From assembly GCA_002269645.1 (NCBI GenBank), contig NIVC01001758.1, forward strand, positions 1-64,000: a stretch of 64,000 nucleotides of DNA, in the 5' to 3' direction. Positions 12,921 through 25,258 of this stretch are shown here, piece after piece. The first letter of the stretch is position 1. The number at the start of each line of letters is the position of its first letter. The stretch comes from Macrostomum lignano. Its lineage: Eukaryota. Both the position numbers and the translations under genes were made by a program. The notes below the pieces were generated by a model. That model had not been told where the DNA came from and did no database searches. It was given only the letters and a program-made list of their open reading frames with translations.

Positions 12921-13555
12921 GAAAAAAGCAGCAGAAAAGCCCGCCCTATTTCTAAGAAAGCAAACCCCAAGACGCCAAGCATGTGAATCAAAGGCCGCAT
13001 GCAAAAGGACACTTGCGTGTCGTGAAAAAAGCAAGCCCTTGATTGTCCAAACCATGCATGCGGCTGATGAAGACAAACTTCCTGTTCTTCTAGAAGAGAG
13101 ACTGGCAGAGCAGATGGGCACATTTAAATTGGCTGTAGAAGAACCTGGGTGACTAAATTACCGGTCATCCCAGGCCCTGATTGACAGGATGGCCGACTGC
13201 TTCATTATTCTGATGGGAGACAGCTGACTCGACAATACCAATAGCCCCTGAGCTATTCTTCACCTTGAGCACAGAAGAGAGACTAAGGATCTGATGCTTG
13301 TTGGCAGAAAGTTCTTTTAGCAAAGCAATATTTCACGGCCGCGGCAAACACTATTAATAGCTGATTAGGCTGGGGGATTTGCGGCTTAGGGAAGAGTGGG
13401 AGAGGAACTGCCAGCGTTGGTCAAGGCATAAATTTTCTGTTCAGTTTGTCGAGTGGAACTCGCTGGTTCGTGAGAGAAAAATTTATTACAAAGTCAGAGT
13501 TATTATTTCACTTCTTGGTTGGCTTGGCAACTAAGCGATAATAGGATGAAAAATA

Positions 13556-14320
13556 TAGTGAAGATAGAATGAAGATAGAGTGAACGGTCGAGTGAACGGT
13601 CGAGTGAAAAGTAGAGTGAACGATAGAGTGAATGGTAGAGTGAACAATAGAGTGAACAGTAGAGTGAACAATAGAGTGAACAGTAGAGTGAACAGTAGAG
13701 TGAACAGTAGAGTGAACAGTAGAGTGAACAATAGAGTGAACAGTAGAGTGAAAGATAGAGTGAACAGTAGAGTGAACAGTAGAGTGAATGGTAGAGTGAA
13801 CAGTAGAGTGAACAATAGAGTGAACAGTAGAGTGAAAGATAGAGTGAAAGATAGAGTGAACAGTAGAGTGAACAGTAGAGTGAACAATAGAGTGAACAGT
13901 AGAGTGAAAGATAGAGTGAACAGTAGAGTGAACAGTAGAGTGAAAGATAGAGTGAACAGTAGAGTGAATGGTAGAGTGAACAGTAGAGTGAAAGATAGAG
14001 TGAACAGTAGAGTGAACAGTTGAGTGAATGATAGAGTAAAGAGAAAGAGAAAGAGAAAGAGTAAAGAGAAATGATAGAGTGAGCAGTAGAGTGAACAGTA
14101 GAGTGAATGGTAGAGTGAAGATAGAGTGAGCAGTAGAGTGAACAGTAGAGGGAATGGTAGAGTGAAGATAGAGTGAGCAGTAGAGTGAACAGTAGAGTGA
14201 ATGGTAGAGTGAAGATAGAGTGAGCAGTAGAGTGAACAGTAGAGTGAATGGTAGAGTGAAGATAGAGTGAAGATAGAGTGAAGATAGAGTGAAGATAGAG
14301 TGAACAGTATAGTGAACAGT
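13556..14320. repeat. 12-bp minisatellite (AGAGTGAACAGT), block 2, same orientation as block 1
   Basis: Same unit as 12070-12920. Confidence 0.95.
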
Positions 14321-15009
14321 AAAATCGAAGAAGGCATTCAAACCAACGAAAAGTACTGAGTATTTCTCACCTTTAAAACGAAGAATTCCATCCCGACCAA
14401 GCGAGAGAATGGCGAACTGAAGGAAGCTATGACATATCTGAAAGTACATTGAGCTCTCCCAACCGAGTCATGTTGGCGTGACCTAGCTCTTGTCCGATGC
14501 TCAGGTCACAGTATTTACAGAAGTGTCACCATTTTAACAAAAACATTGTGAGACTTGCTCAGTAGGCTTTTAACTTAGTTTTTTCCAATAGACTGCCGGC
14601 TCTCAAAGTTTTGCAGCTCGGTCTGGTCAGGCCAGTTCGTTTATCTCTGGGCCCCTGGATTACCTGCAGTAGCTGAGACTGTACTGTGCTTCAATTGGCC
14701 TGTGAACCTTTCCTAAAAGAAAACTAAGAAAAACTATAACTCTTCTGAAGCCATGCCAGAACTGAGCGAGTCGCCTTTGACTGTTGGTCTTCTCTGTTTC
14801 TGGCACAAGCGCGCTCTCTCTCTCTTGGCCTGATACTCCTGCTATTTGCCATTACCAGCGATTGGCCCGATTCTGAACTGGGCATACATAACTAAGGAGC
14901 AATAGGCTTTAAAACTACTCGAAGTAGTGCTATAAATCCTGCAGAGAACTGCGGAGATTTAATTTGAAATTTTCCACAGCGAGTTTATGGACGCGATCAA
15001 CGATTCCTT

Positions 15010-15160
15010 TAGGGGCGCCATAGCAACAGGGGCGCCATAGCACCAGGGGCGCCATAGCACCAGGGGCGCCATAGCACCAGGGGCGCCATAGCACCAGGGG
15101 CGCCATAGCACCAGGGGCGCCATAGCACCAGGGGCGCCATAGAACCATGACGCCGTAGCA
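15010..15160. repeat. 17-bp repeat (AGGGGCGCCATAGCACC)
   Basis: About 7 tandem units; core GGGGCGCCAT shared with 55135-55250. Confidence 0.9.
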
Positions 15161-15967
15161 CCCTCCCCTAGGCCTTGATCTTTTAGTGTGCACAGATTTC
15201 TGAGGTTTTCTTCACCTGACGAAGCCTTCAGCGTTCACAGAAACGCAGGCATCTGGGTGTCTCGAGAGCCGTCAAACGCTGTGCACCGTCAGCAGTGTTG
15301 AGAAGAGAATTATTAGCCACAAGAGGCGGGTCAAGTGCCCCCCCCCGTTGCCTTTCTGTGACCCCAAGCAGCTAATAGCAATTGTAATGGTTGCTATTTT
15401 TTTCTTGCTAATAAAAAATTTATTGTCCGTTTGTTAGGCTTAGAGGGGCAACACTTGAGCTTCCAGTGCTGCCAAAGGCGCAATGGGGGCACAGTTACAC
15501 TCAGACAGGGCCTTAATGAGAAACACAGGCAGGAGGAGTATTACTGAAATTTCTCGTGTTCAGTTCACTCTTTGAAGAATGCCGACAAGTTCCAGGCTCG
15601 GGCGGGGGGGCTATAAAACTAAGGTCACCACTAGCGTAGCCTTTTTGAGCTAAAAAACCTAAAAAATCTGACATTTCACTTGCTATAGTTGAGAACTTGG
15701 CCTTGTCAAATTGTAATTAGACTTAATTGGACAGGTGGACAGGTTATCAGCTTATCGACTGTACCTCTCGCCAAATTCCCAACGGTCTAATTTTCTTTAA
15801 TTATTAATTCTGCGTTTAATTACTTGCTTTTGCAGATGAGTTCATGACTGGGTGAATTATTTTTATTTTACTTTTGATCACGTTATTCGTCAGGTGACAC
15901 TAGAACGGGAACAGGTGGCAGGATCATCCACTCAGTAAAATTACTTTACAGAATCTGCAGAATTTAA

Positions 15968-16420
15968 TGCATCTACAGCACTTTCTTACAGTATCTACAG
16001 CCCATTCTTACAGCATCTACAGCACTTTCTTACAGTATCTACAGCCCCTTCTTACAGCATCTACAGCCCCTTCTTCTTACAGCATCTACAGCACTTTCTT
16101 ACAGTATCTACAGCCCCTTCTTACAGTACAGTATCTACAGCACTTTCTTACAGCATCTACAGCACTTTCTTACAGTATCTACAGCACTTTCTTACAGCAT
16201 CTACAGCACTTTCTTACAGTATCTACAGCACTTTCTTACAGCATCTACAGCACATTCTTACAGCATCTACAGCACCTTCTCACAGCATCTATAGCCTATT
16301 CTTACATAATCTACAGCATTTTCTTACAGCATCTATACAGCACCTTCTTACAGGATCTACAGCCCCTTCTTACAGTACAGCATCTGCACCCGATTACGTA
16401 ACCTGCAGCATCTCTACAGC
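15968..16420. repeat. ~22-bp minisatellite (ATCTACAGCACTTTCTTACAGY)
   Basis: Tandem units seen directly. Confidence 0.93.
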
Positions 16421-17611
16421 ACTCCACAATTACCCCAGTTTAAACATCAGCGAACACTGAAAATGCAGAGCACCGAAAATTGAAACTGAAGGAAGGTTGT
16501 CCAAACTTTGAATTAGCTTTTCCTAATTCGAAATTGATATTGCTAATTCTATCAACTCATAAATTGCCACCAAAAAGCAGATTTGCGACTGCCCGAATAA
16601 AACAGCTTGGCCATTTTATTACAGGAAGGAGGCCTTCATAGACGGCTTTTTTATTTAATTTAAATTGAGGGAACCGCCGGCTCTGCTCCGCCCCCTCGAC
16701 ATTACGTAATCTTTAAAAAACTTTTAAAATTTATGAGAAATATTAATCCCTTCAGATCTGACTCAAGCTTTCTTAAAGAATTGGGGAGGGGGTTGAAATC
16801 TCAGATTTTTTGTCAAATATTTTTTTTACTCTTATCCTTCACAAGGGTCTTCAAGCCTGACAAAGAAAGGATAAAAATCAGTCCTCTGTCTTTTTTTCTG
16901 AAGGAAATTTGCTGCTGATAAAAAAAGATTCTCAAAACCCAGAGTTGGGAGAAAAGAGAAAGAAGACACGAGACCAAGTATGGGGCGGCGGCGGCGGCAG
17001 CAGAGAAAGAAACAGAAAAAAAAGCCCGAAGATCAAACGAAATTAACCGACACTGGTTCCTTCTTTCATCTCTCCTGTGCTCACTGTACTCACTGCACTC
17101 CAGGTGTGACGCATGACAAATTGAGCTAAGCTGGGGCGGTTCTTTCCTACTTCCTGCCACACCTCTCCTGCAGCTCTTGATTTTGGTGGAGGCGGGCTTG
17201 AAAAATGTGTTTTTTTCCTAGCCACACATGGCAGCCAGTCTTTGTTCTGTGTTGTCTTCTCTGGTTTTGCCAGGGACAGGGAGAGCTGGAACTAAAATAT
17301 TGGAGCGACAAGTCCACTGCAGCAGAAGGCATCAGGAGGCCGTTTTCCCAGGGGAGGGGATTTTCTGAAAGACAGTTCCCCGATACAACGGTCAGTTCGT
17401 GAAAGGCTTCCAGATGGTTTCAGAGCAGAATTTCTCTGAAGTTTATTTGAAAGTTTTCTTTAAATTCTTCGCCATGTCTGCAGTATCAACAGTTCCACTT
17501 ACTCAAACATCTGTAAGTTTATCATCCAAAAATGTACTACAGACATATCCATCGGGGTCCTTGACATTCTCTAGTCATCTAGCTCATAAGACAGCTCAGA
17601 AGGCTACTCAC

Positions 17612-17719
17612 ACACTGAATACAGTCGCCCTGTCGCATGCCGGCAGTCCAGGCCGGCGAGTCCCTGGTCACCTTGGTCACAACTTCGGCCGCGTTGACCG
17701 GTCGATGCAGCTGCGGATT
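17612..17719 (-). CDS. PDZ domain middle exon (betaC-betaD), probably PDZ1 of the PDZRN gene
   Basis: Acceptor CCACCCTCAG|, donor TGT|GTGAGT, 108 nt phase 0-0. Encodes NPQLHRPVNAAEVVTKVTRDSPAWTAGMRQGDCIQC, which joins in frame to VNGQDLS at 7930. Linkage across the 9.7-kb intron is inferred. Confidence 0.7.
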
Positions 17720-17812
17720 CTGAGGGTGGCGCAAAATAAAATATTACGAATTAGTTTGAAGCTAAATCTTAAACTAATCTTATTATCTTTTCTTAAAACA
17801 TGCGGACACTTC

Positions 17813-18446
17813 AGCGTCTGGCACTGCTGGTGTCAGTCTGGCACTGCTGTTGTCAGTCTGGTACTGCTGTTGTCAGTCTGGCACTGCTGGTGTCAATCTG
17901 GCACTGCTGGTGTCAGTCTGGCACTGCTGTTGTCAGTCTGGCACTGCTGTTGTCAGTCTGGCACTGCTGGTGTCAGTCTGGCACTGCTGGTGTCAGTCTG
18001 GCACTGCTGGTGTCAGTCTGGCACTGCTGGTGTCAGTCTGGCACTGCTGTTGTCAGTCTGGCACTGCTGGTGTCAGTCTGGCACTGCTGGTGTCAGTCTG
18101 GCACTGCTGTTGTCAGTCTGGCACTGCTGTTATCAGTCTGGCACTGCTGGTGTCAGTCTGGCACTGTTGGTGTCAGTCTGGCACTGCTGTTGTCAGTCTG
18201 GCACTGCTGGTGTCAGTCTGGCACTGTTGGTGTCAGTCTGGCACTGCTGTTGTCAGTCTGGCACTGCTGGTGTCAGTCTGGCACTGTTGGTGTCAGTCTG
18301 GCACTGCTGTTGTCAGTCTGGCACTGCTGGTGTCAGTCTGGCACTGCTGTTGTCAGTCTGGCACTGCTGGTGTCAGTCTGGCACTGTTGGTGTCAGTCTG
18401 GCACTGTTGGTGTCAGTCTGGCACTGCTGGTGTCAGTCTGGCACTG
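17813..18446. repeat. 20-bp minisatellite (GTCAGTCTGGCACTGCTGGT), ~31 copies
   Basis: Tandem units seen directly. Confidence 0.97.
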
Positions 18447-19459
18447 AAAGTGACTGCAATGCATTAAAGTAATCTGCCACAGGGCTGTCAGCGTCTGTGT
18501 TTCCATCAGCCAAATCATGGCACGCATCGTTCTCAACATAGTTTTAAAGCTCAATAAAGCCGTCAGAGGATTTTACATAAAAAAGCACACTAATCCAGCA
18601 CCCCCTACCTGAATAGGATCAAGCCACGCCTACCCATAAAGCGGTTACATGTGCATACAAACCCCTGGCCCCCACCATGGCAGGAAATTTATTCTCTCTC
18701 TCGCTCTCTCAAAAAGCCCTGAGCTCCCTGCTGATAAGCATCGGAGACCAGGCATAGCGCAGAGAACGGCCGTGCCGCAGCAGCAGCAGCAACAGCAGCG
18801 GCAGCAGCAGCAGATGAATCAAGTGGCTTGGATGACCCTCCGGACCACTTGAACAGGCCTTGAACCAGCCGGACAATCGATCTATACGCCACCGACTTGA
18901 GACAGGCTCAGACAGGCGAATGCAAGCTATAATAGTCATAATAATAATTATATAACTATATAAACTTGTACGCTCTGGCGCCCATCTTTGGCGTTGACTT
19001 TCCGAAATCTTAGCTAACACAAGTAATGACGGTGGGTTTCAGCATAGTGAAGTGGGGACAGAGAGAGAGGGAGAGCTTGATTACGTCACGCCCGGCGCAA
19101 AAGATCAAAGAGCGATGCCGCCACTGATGCCGCTCCCCTCTCTCCTGGCCTGCAGCCTCCTGTGTCGCCACTTGACAATTTTTTTGGCCCAGCGAGAGAC
19201 AGAAAATGTATTGATTGTCGGTTCTCTGCATTTAGTTATGGTGTACATGAATACTCGTAAAATTGCAGCACTGGGTGTGACTAAGATTTTCAGTCTGCTG
19301 GCTAAGTAAATTAATGGCTTACTGTTTACATGTACAATATAACGGTATAAGCGAGCTTTCATTAGTGTTAGCTGGTTATATTTTCTTGGTATTACGATTA
19401 CTAATTATTTTTTTGATTTTGTTATCATCAGCTTTTCTGAGAGAGTGGCGGCGGCCCAG

Positions 19460-19998
19460 CAATTGGGGATCTGGGAGGGTGGGCCAGCAACTGAGGATCT
19501 GGGAGGGTGGGCCAGCAACTGAGGATCTGGGAGGATGGCGCAGCAACTGAGGATCTGGGAGGATGGGCCAGCAACTGAGGATCTGGGAGGGTGGCCCAGC
19601 AACTGAGGATCTGCGAGGCTGGCTCAGCAGCTGAGGATCTGAGAGGGCAGTAGCAGTAGTGATCCAGCAACAGAGGATCTGGGAGGCTGGCTCAGCAACT
19701 GAGGATCTGAGAGGGCAGTAGCAGTAGTGATCCAGCAACAGAGGATCTGGGAGGCTGGCTCAGCAACTGAGGATCTGAGAGGGCAGTAGCAGTAGTGATC
19801 CAGCAACTGAGGATTTGAGAGGCTGTCCCAGAAACTGAGGATTTGAGAGGCTGTCCCAGAAACTGAGGATTTGAGAGGCTGGCCCAGCAACTGAGTATCT
19901 GGGAGGGTGCGGAGGCTCAGCAACAGAGGATCTGAGAGGGTGCGGAGGCTCAGCAACAGAGGATCTGAGAGGGTGCGGAGGCTCAGCAACAGAGGATC
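19460..19998. repeat. Composite ~30-33-bp minisatellite (core CAGCAACTGAGGATCTG)
   Basis: Tandem variants directly inside the donor at 20046. Confidence 0.9.
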
Positions 19999-20046
19999 TG
20001 GGCCAATTGACAGTCCAGTGAAGCGCATCATCCAAAAATGGCTCAC

Positions 20047-20250
20047 CCGAAAGTCCACCAAACTGCCTCCGCCAGCGATGGTGAAGCCCCAGGGCGTGTC
20101 GGGCCGCTGCCGCCGAAGGATCAGGGTCCGGCAGCAGCTGGCGGGCGCCTCCGGTTCGGCGGTGCCCCGCTGATCGACTGCTGCTGCTGCTGCAACTGCC
20201 GCAGCCGCCGCTGCCGCCAGACTTCGTTCGATTTTCTCCTCGGAATACAC
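20047..20250 (-). CDS. PDZ domain first exon (betaA-betaB) with poly-Ala; may extend to an acceptor at 20343
   Basis: [24 protein letters not shown]...RTLILRRQRPDTPWGFTIAGGGSLVDFR, then donor CGG|GTGAGC. GF.I.GG carboxylate-binding loop; in phase with the 17612-17719 exon. Confidence 0.65.
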
Positions 20251-21301
20251 CTGCTCCAGGTAGGTGAATTGCTTATTAATACACTTTTAGCGTAGGCTTT
20301 GATGGAGTCAGTCCTCTTTGATATCTACTTTGCAACTTTGCCGCTGGTAAGTAGGAGGCAAGCGGGATTCGGGACTTGATTAGGGACGCGTCAAGATAAG
20401 TCCCTAATATACGCGCAGAGAGAGAGAGAATGTGCCAGGCCTAATATTGCAAACTGGCAAATTTGTCTTCACCAATGTTAAAGTCGACTTTTCCCAACGG
20501 GCTTCTTCGTTCGGCTTCGAGATGGCAGATAGAAGAGGGGGATAAGGGAGTGCGTGCCGTGGAAAATCGGCTCGGTCTATTATCTATCTATATATAAGTA
20601 GGTGTCGGCATTGGGGCAAATGGACCGCATTGGGAATCGAAGGGGGGGGGGGTGCACGCATGCGCTCGCAAATATATAACGTGGAACAGTGAGAAATAAT
20701 TTATATATATATAATATGTATTCGTCTCTCTACCCGGGGCCCACATGCCCTGCGTGTGTGCCTATATATGCGTGGGAGGTCGGCAAGTCCGAGGAGAGGG
20801 CGGTCCAGGGGTGCTCACTCGGGCACTCCCAGCTGTGACTGTCGCAATGATTGCATAACTGGTGCGCCACGCATTCTCTCTCCTCTCTCCGTGCTCCTCT
20901 GTCTGTCCACTTCGTTGCATTGCGTCGACGCCCCCCCCCTTCTTATTGAATGTTTACGCAGGGTGGACCAGGGCGGAAGGTTTAATGGAGAGATGGGAGT
21001 CTGACCTGCATCTCCCTCCCAATCTCGGGGGGGGGGCTATAAAGTGGAGTGGCGCTAACAGCTAATAGTCAATCTTTGAATGAATGATCACTCGTTTCTA
21101 AACAACCACACAATTTGGGTGGGGAGCTAAATGAAGAAGACTGACGATTGCCCTCCTCCGTGTTTGACCTCAGTGTTCGAGGTGAACATTAGGAAAATAA
21201 GACAGCTATTGAAGAGGCTCAGAGATGTTGTGGTGGCCCAGAGTGAAAGAGAAACTATGTGAAATGCAAAGCGAGAGGGGCGGAGCAGCTCAGCGGTCAA
21301 A

Positions 21302-21410
21302 GGGGCTGCTGTACGCTCGTACACCCTGTGTGAGCTGTGTGTTTGAGTGCGTGCCTGAGTACAATATTGGTGCGCTTGCATGTGCTCAAGAGTCAGCGGG
21401 ATGGGCAGAA
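21302..21410 (+). repeat. Dispersed repeat, copy A (SINE-like body)
   Basis: TACACCCTGTGTGAGCTG...GCGCTTGCATGTGCTCAAGAGTCAGCGG, similar to 39833-39960 and 49981-50120. Confidence 0.75.
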
Positions 21411-22839
21411 TTGCCGTGGAAGGCATCACTGTGCTCGTGAGCACGGTTGAGAACTCGCGACCACAGCGTATTTTGAGCACTGTCTAAAGATTTAAATCTG
21501 TAACATACTCCACCTCGAGACAACATTGGGTATTGCAAGTCAAGAACACTATTATCAAGCATGGATCTATGCTACAGATCTTTGCTAAGACTCAACTACT
21601 TAAGGAGAACTCTGTTTGCGATTTAAACAAACCCCGATCCAGAGTTCAGACAATCTCATACAGAAGTCCCTGCAAGGTTTTAGAGGACACTGAAAGAGTT
21701 CTGATTGGAATCGGTGCCTATAGAATCTCTAATGCATTAACTGTCGTTTTTCCCCACGGGCAGTCCAAAAAAGCAGGTGTTGTATTTCCATATGGGGCCT
21801 GCCTGCATGCGCGGGCCCCGGGCTGCTTATAATAAAGGTGCAATCATTGTTGAGGCTTTTGAGGATTACACTCTGCTAGGATTTTTGGGACACAAAGAGA
21901 CACAGCACGCATAGGGAGAAAGTTTTTATATAAACTGTGCAAAGAACAAAGGGAATAGGGAATTAGGGCCCGGCGCCAGAGGGGATTTGGACCCTGGGGG
22001 GGGGGGGGCATCGAGGCGATAATGAGACAAGAAAGAAAGAATAATGGAAGCAACGAAACACGAAAGAGCCGAAAGCAGAGAGTTAAAAGAAAGAAAATGC
22101 TGAGGGGGATTCGCTTCCGAAAAAAAAACTTTAATCAAAGCCACAATATGCTGGGCCCTATAGCACAGCTTCCTTCATCGCTCGAGGCGATTCTATCTGG
22201 CAATTTTTATCAGCGTCCTGCAGTTGCTTTGGTTTGGGACCCATAGAAGCGAAGAGACAAGGTGGTGTGAACAGAAATAAGCTATGTATAGCATCCCACA
22301 ATATCCCTAATATAGATTGATCCCCTCCGACTCAAAGCCTGACTATAAAAATCTACGATCCCAGAGCCACTGCATTGTCCTGTGCAGACATAATTTTCAC
22401 CTTGCTCCTTCGCAATCGCATGTGCTCGATTATCTCATCTAGAAAAAAAAATGATATAAAAAAGGGGGCGACCAAGAGAATTGAATCGATCCCTGCACCC
22501 CCTGCTGCGTCTGTCAGCTTGTCCGTGGTGAATTGAGAAAAGACAAAGAAAGCCTTGGGGGCCTCTGCTGGGCTCGTGCCGTGCTCAAGGCGGAGTGTGA
22601 CGCATGACGCATCGTTTGCTGTTTCACCAGCCGCTAAGACTTAAGATTCCTATGGATTCGGAATCTGTAGGGAATACTAATAGATTTATTGCATAAATTT
22701 TATACGAGCTGCCATTTACTGAACTTATTTTAAATTAATCTTGTTGCAGCAAAATATTGATACCTCGATTCCACGACAGATTCCTAGAAAAATATTCGTA
22801 GGAATCGTAGGAAAGACTCGGTCACTCGTTTGAATCCTC

Positions 22840-23710
22840 TGGAAATATTTTTCTAGCGAATCTTTTTCTGTGAATCTTTTTCTTGGAATATTTTTCTAGT
22901 GAATCTTTTTCTGGGAATCTTTTTCTTGGAATATTTTTCTAGGAATATTTTTCAGAAAATTCTTTCCGAGGAATCTTTTTCTAATAATCTTTTTCTGGAA
23001 ATTGTTTCTTGGAATCTTTTTCTAGGGATCTTTTTCCAGGAATCCTTTTCTGGAAATTCTTTTCTTGGAATCTTTTTCTTGGAATCTTTTTCCAGGAATC
23101 CTTTTCTGGAAATTCTTTTAGGGGAATCTTTTTCTAGGAATCTTTTTCTAGGAATCTTTTTCTAGGAATCTTTTTCTGGAAATTCTTTTAGGGGAATCTT
23201 TTTCTAGGAATCTTTTTCCAGGAATCCTTTTCTGGAAATTCTTTTAGGGGAATCTTTTCTAGGAATCTTTTTCCAGGAATCCTTTTCTGGAAATTCTTTT
23301 AGGGGAATCTTTTCTTGGAATCTTTTTCCAGGATTCCTTTTCTGGAAATTCTTTTAGGGGAATCTTTTTCTAGGAATCTTTTTCTAGGAATCTTTTTTCT
23401 GGAAATTCTTTTAGGGGAATCTTTTTCTAGGAATCTTTTTCCAGGAATCCTTTTCTGGAAATTCTTTTAGGGGAATCTTTTTCAGGGAATCTTTTTCCAG
23501 GAATCCTTTTCTGGAAATTCTTTTAGGGGAATCTTTTTCTAGGAATCTTTTTCCAGGAATCCTTTTCAGAAAATTCTTTTCTTGGAATCTTTTTCTAGGA
23601 ATCTTTTTTCAGGAATCCTTTTCTTTTCTCGGAAAATTCTTTCCGAGGAATCTTTTTTCAGGAACTATTTTTCTGGAAATTATTATCTTGAAATTTTTTT
23701 CTAGGAATCT
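22840..23710. repeat. Degenerate AT-rich satellite (GGAATCTTTTTCT/CA subunits)
   Basis: Repeated subunits with longer-period blocks. Confidence 0.9.
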
Positions 23711-24687
23711 TTGAAGCTGCACAATATACTCGTACAGTCAGGAAATTAGGACTCAGCGGTAAATTTTTGAGTTCATTATTTACAGCTTAATTCCCTAGAA
23801 CACAGACGCATGTTAGGTGTCAATGCCAACTCCTTCCGTCCACATTCGCAATATATTCACCAGAAATTAATAAAGCTGTCACACTTTCTACACCAAGAAG
23901 GCTTTTACAACCCCCAAAAAGGGGGGTTTATTAAGTCAGTCAGTTGCAATAAAAGAGCAAATCTTTGGCCAAGCGAAAGTCACCGAAAGGATTATAAAAT
24001 CATAAAATTTAAATGCACCGCCTTACGCTCGTAAAGGGACAGAAATACGCTCGTGGAAAGAATAGCAGATACCAATGCCACTTCTCAAATGCCTAATGTT
24101 CTGAATATAATTAATTTCGATTTTATTGAATTTCTCACAGCCGCTATATTCTTAAGGGTCTGTCTCTCTCCCCACCCTTCCCTTTGATGTCTGCCGCCAA
24201 TTCGGATAAATTCCTTTCTAACCTTGCTTTTTTAAACCTCTGTGTTTTAATATTTCGATAAATAATAGTGCCTGCTAGGCCTAATCTATAGGAGAATTAA
24301 TCTCTATTTGAACTGCTTTAGTGTTGAGACACACCGAGCTGGATGCGTGGAGAATGTTAGTGCGGTGCGCAGTCAGCAAATAAAATACGTTAGGAACGAA
24401 GGGGGTAGGAGATCAAAGGGTTGCCGCCGCCGTCCGCCATTAGCGTCGCAAGCCTGAGGCAAGTCATTATACAGCTCATAATTACTGCATTACTTCTTCA
24501 GTTAGCCATAACGGCTTTAATTTGGTGTCGCAAATTTTGTTTATCACACGTTCTAATTAAATTATAGAGAAAATAATTTATTGGACAAACAATTTATTAG
24601 CTGAAAACGGCCCACTGATTACGTGTGCACAGGCATGCTTTAGGGTCCTTGCCTTTTTGACACAGTAACTACTGGCTGGTGCGTGAG

Positions 24688-25258
24688 TGACTGGAGAGCG
24701 AGTGACAGACATGAGTGACAGGAGGGTGAGTGACAGACATGAGTGACAAACAAGAGTGACAGGAGGGTGAGTGACAGTGACAGGAGGGTGAGTGACAGTG
24801 ACAGGAGGGTGAGTGACAGACGAGAGTGATAGGAGGGTGAGTGACAGACGAGAGTGATAGGAGGGTGAGTGACAGACAAAAGGGATAGGAGGGTGTGAGT
24901 GACAGGAGGGTGAGTGACAAACAAGAGTGACAGGAGGGTGAGTGACAAACAAGAGTGACAGGAGGGTGAGTGACAGACATGAGTAACAGGAGGGTGAGTG
25001 ACAGGAGGGTGAGTGACAGACAAGAGTGACGGGAGGGTGGGTGATAGACATGAGTGACAGGAGGGTGAGTGACAGACAAGAGTGTCAGGAGGGTGAGTGA
25101 CAGAAGAGTGAGTGACAGGAGGGTGAGTGACAGGAGGGTGTGTGAGTGACAGGAGGGTAAGTGACAGGGTGAGTGAGTGACAGGAGGGTGAGTGACAGGA
25201 GGGTGAGTGACAAAGGGGTGCGTGACAGGAGGGTGCGTGACAGACAAGAGTGACTGGA
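24688..25258. repeat. Degenerate GAGTGACAGGAGGGT minisatellite
   Basis: Tandem units seen directly. Confidence 0.9.

Noticed and set aside
12928-13320. Selenoprotein-type TGA read-through in the satellite island
   Set aside because: The TGA codons lack a selenoprotein context, no SECIS was identified and the frame ends in TAG; decay or chance is simpler.
18649-18892. Poly-Gln (plus) / poly-Ala (minus) stretch as a coding exon
   Set aside because: No convincing donor, short frames and no homology; may be UTR or a simple repeat.
21533-21832. 99-aa plus-strand ORF; also 31965-32303 and 57667-57969
   Set aside because: Non-ATG starts and no recognisable family features.
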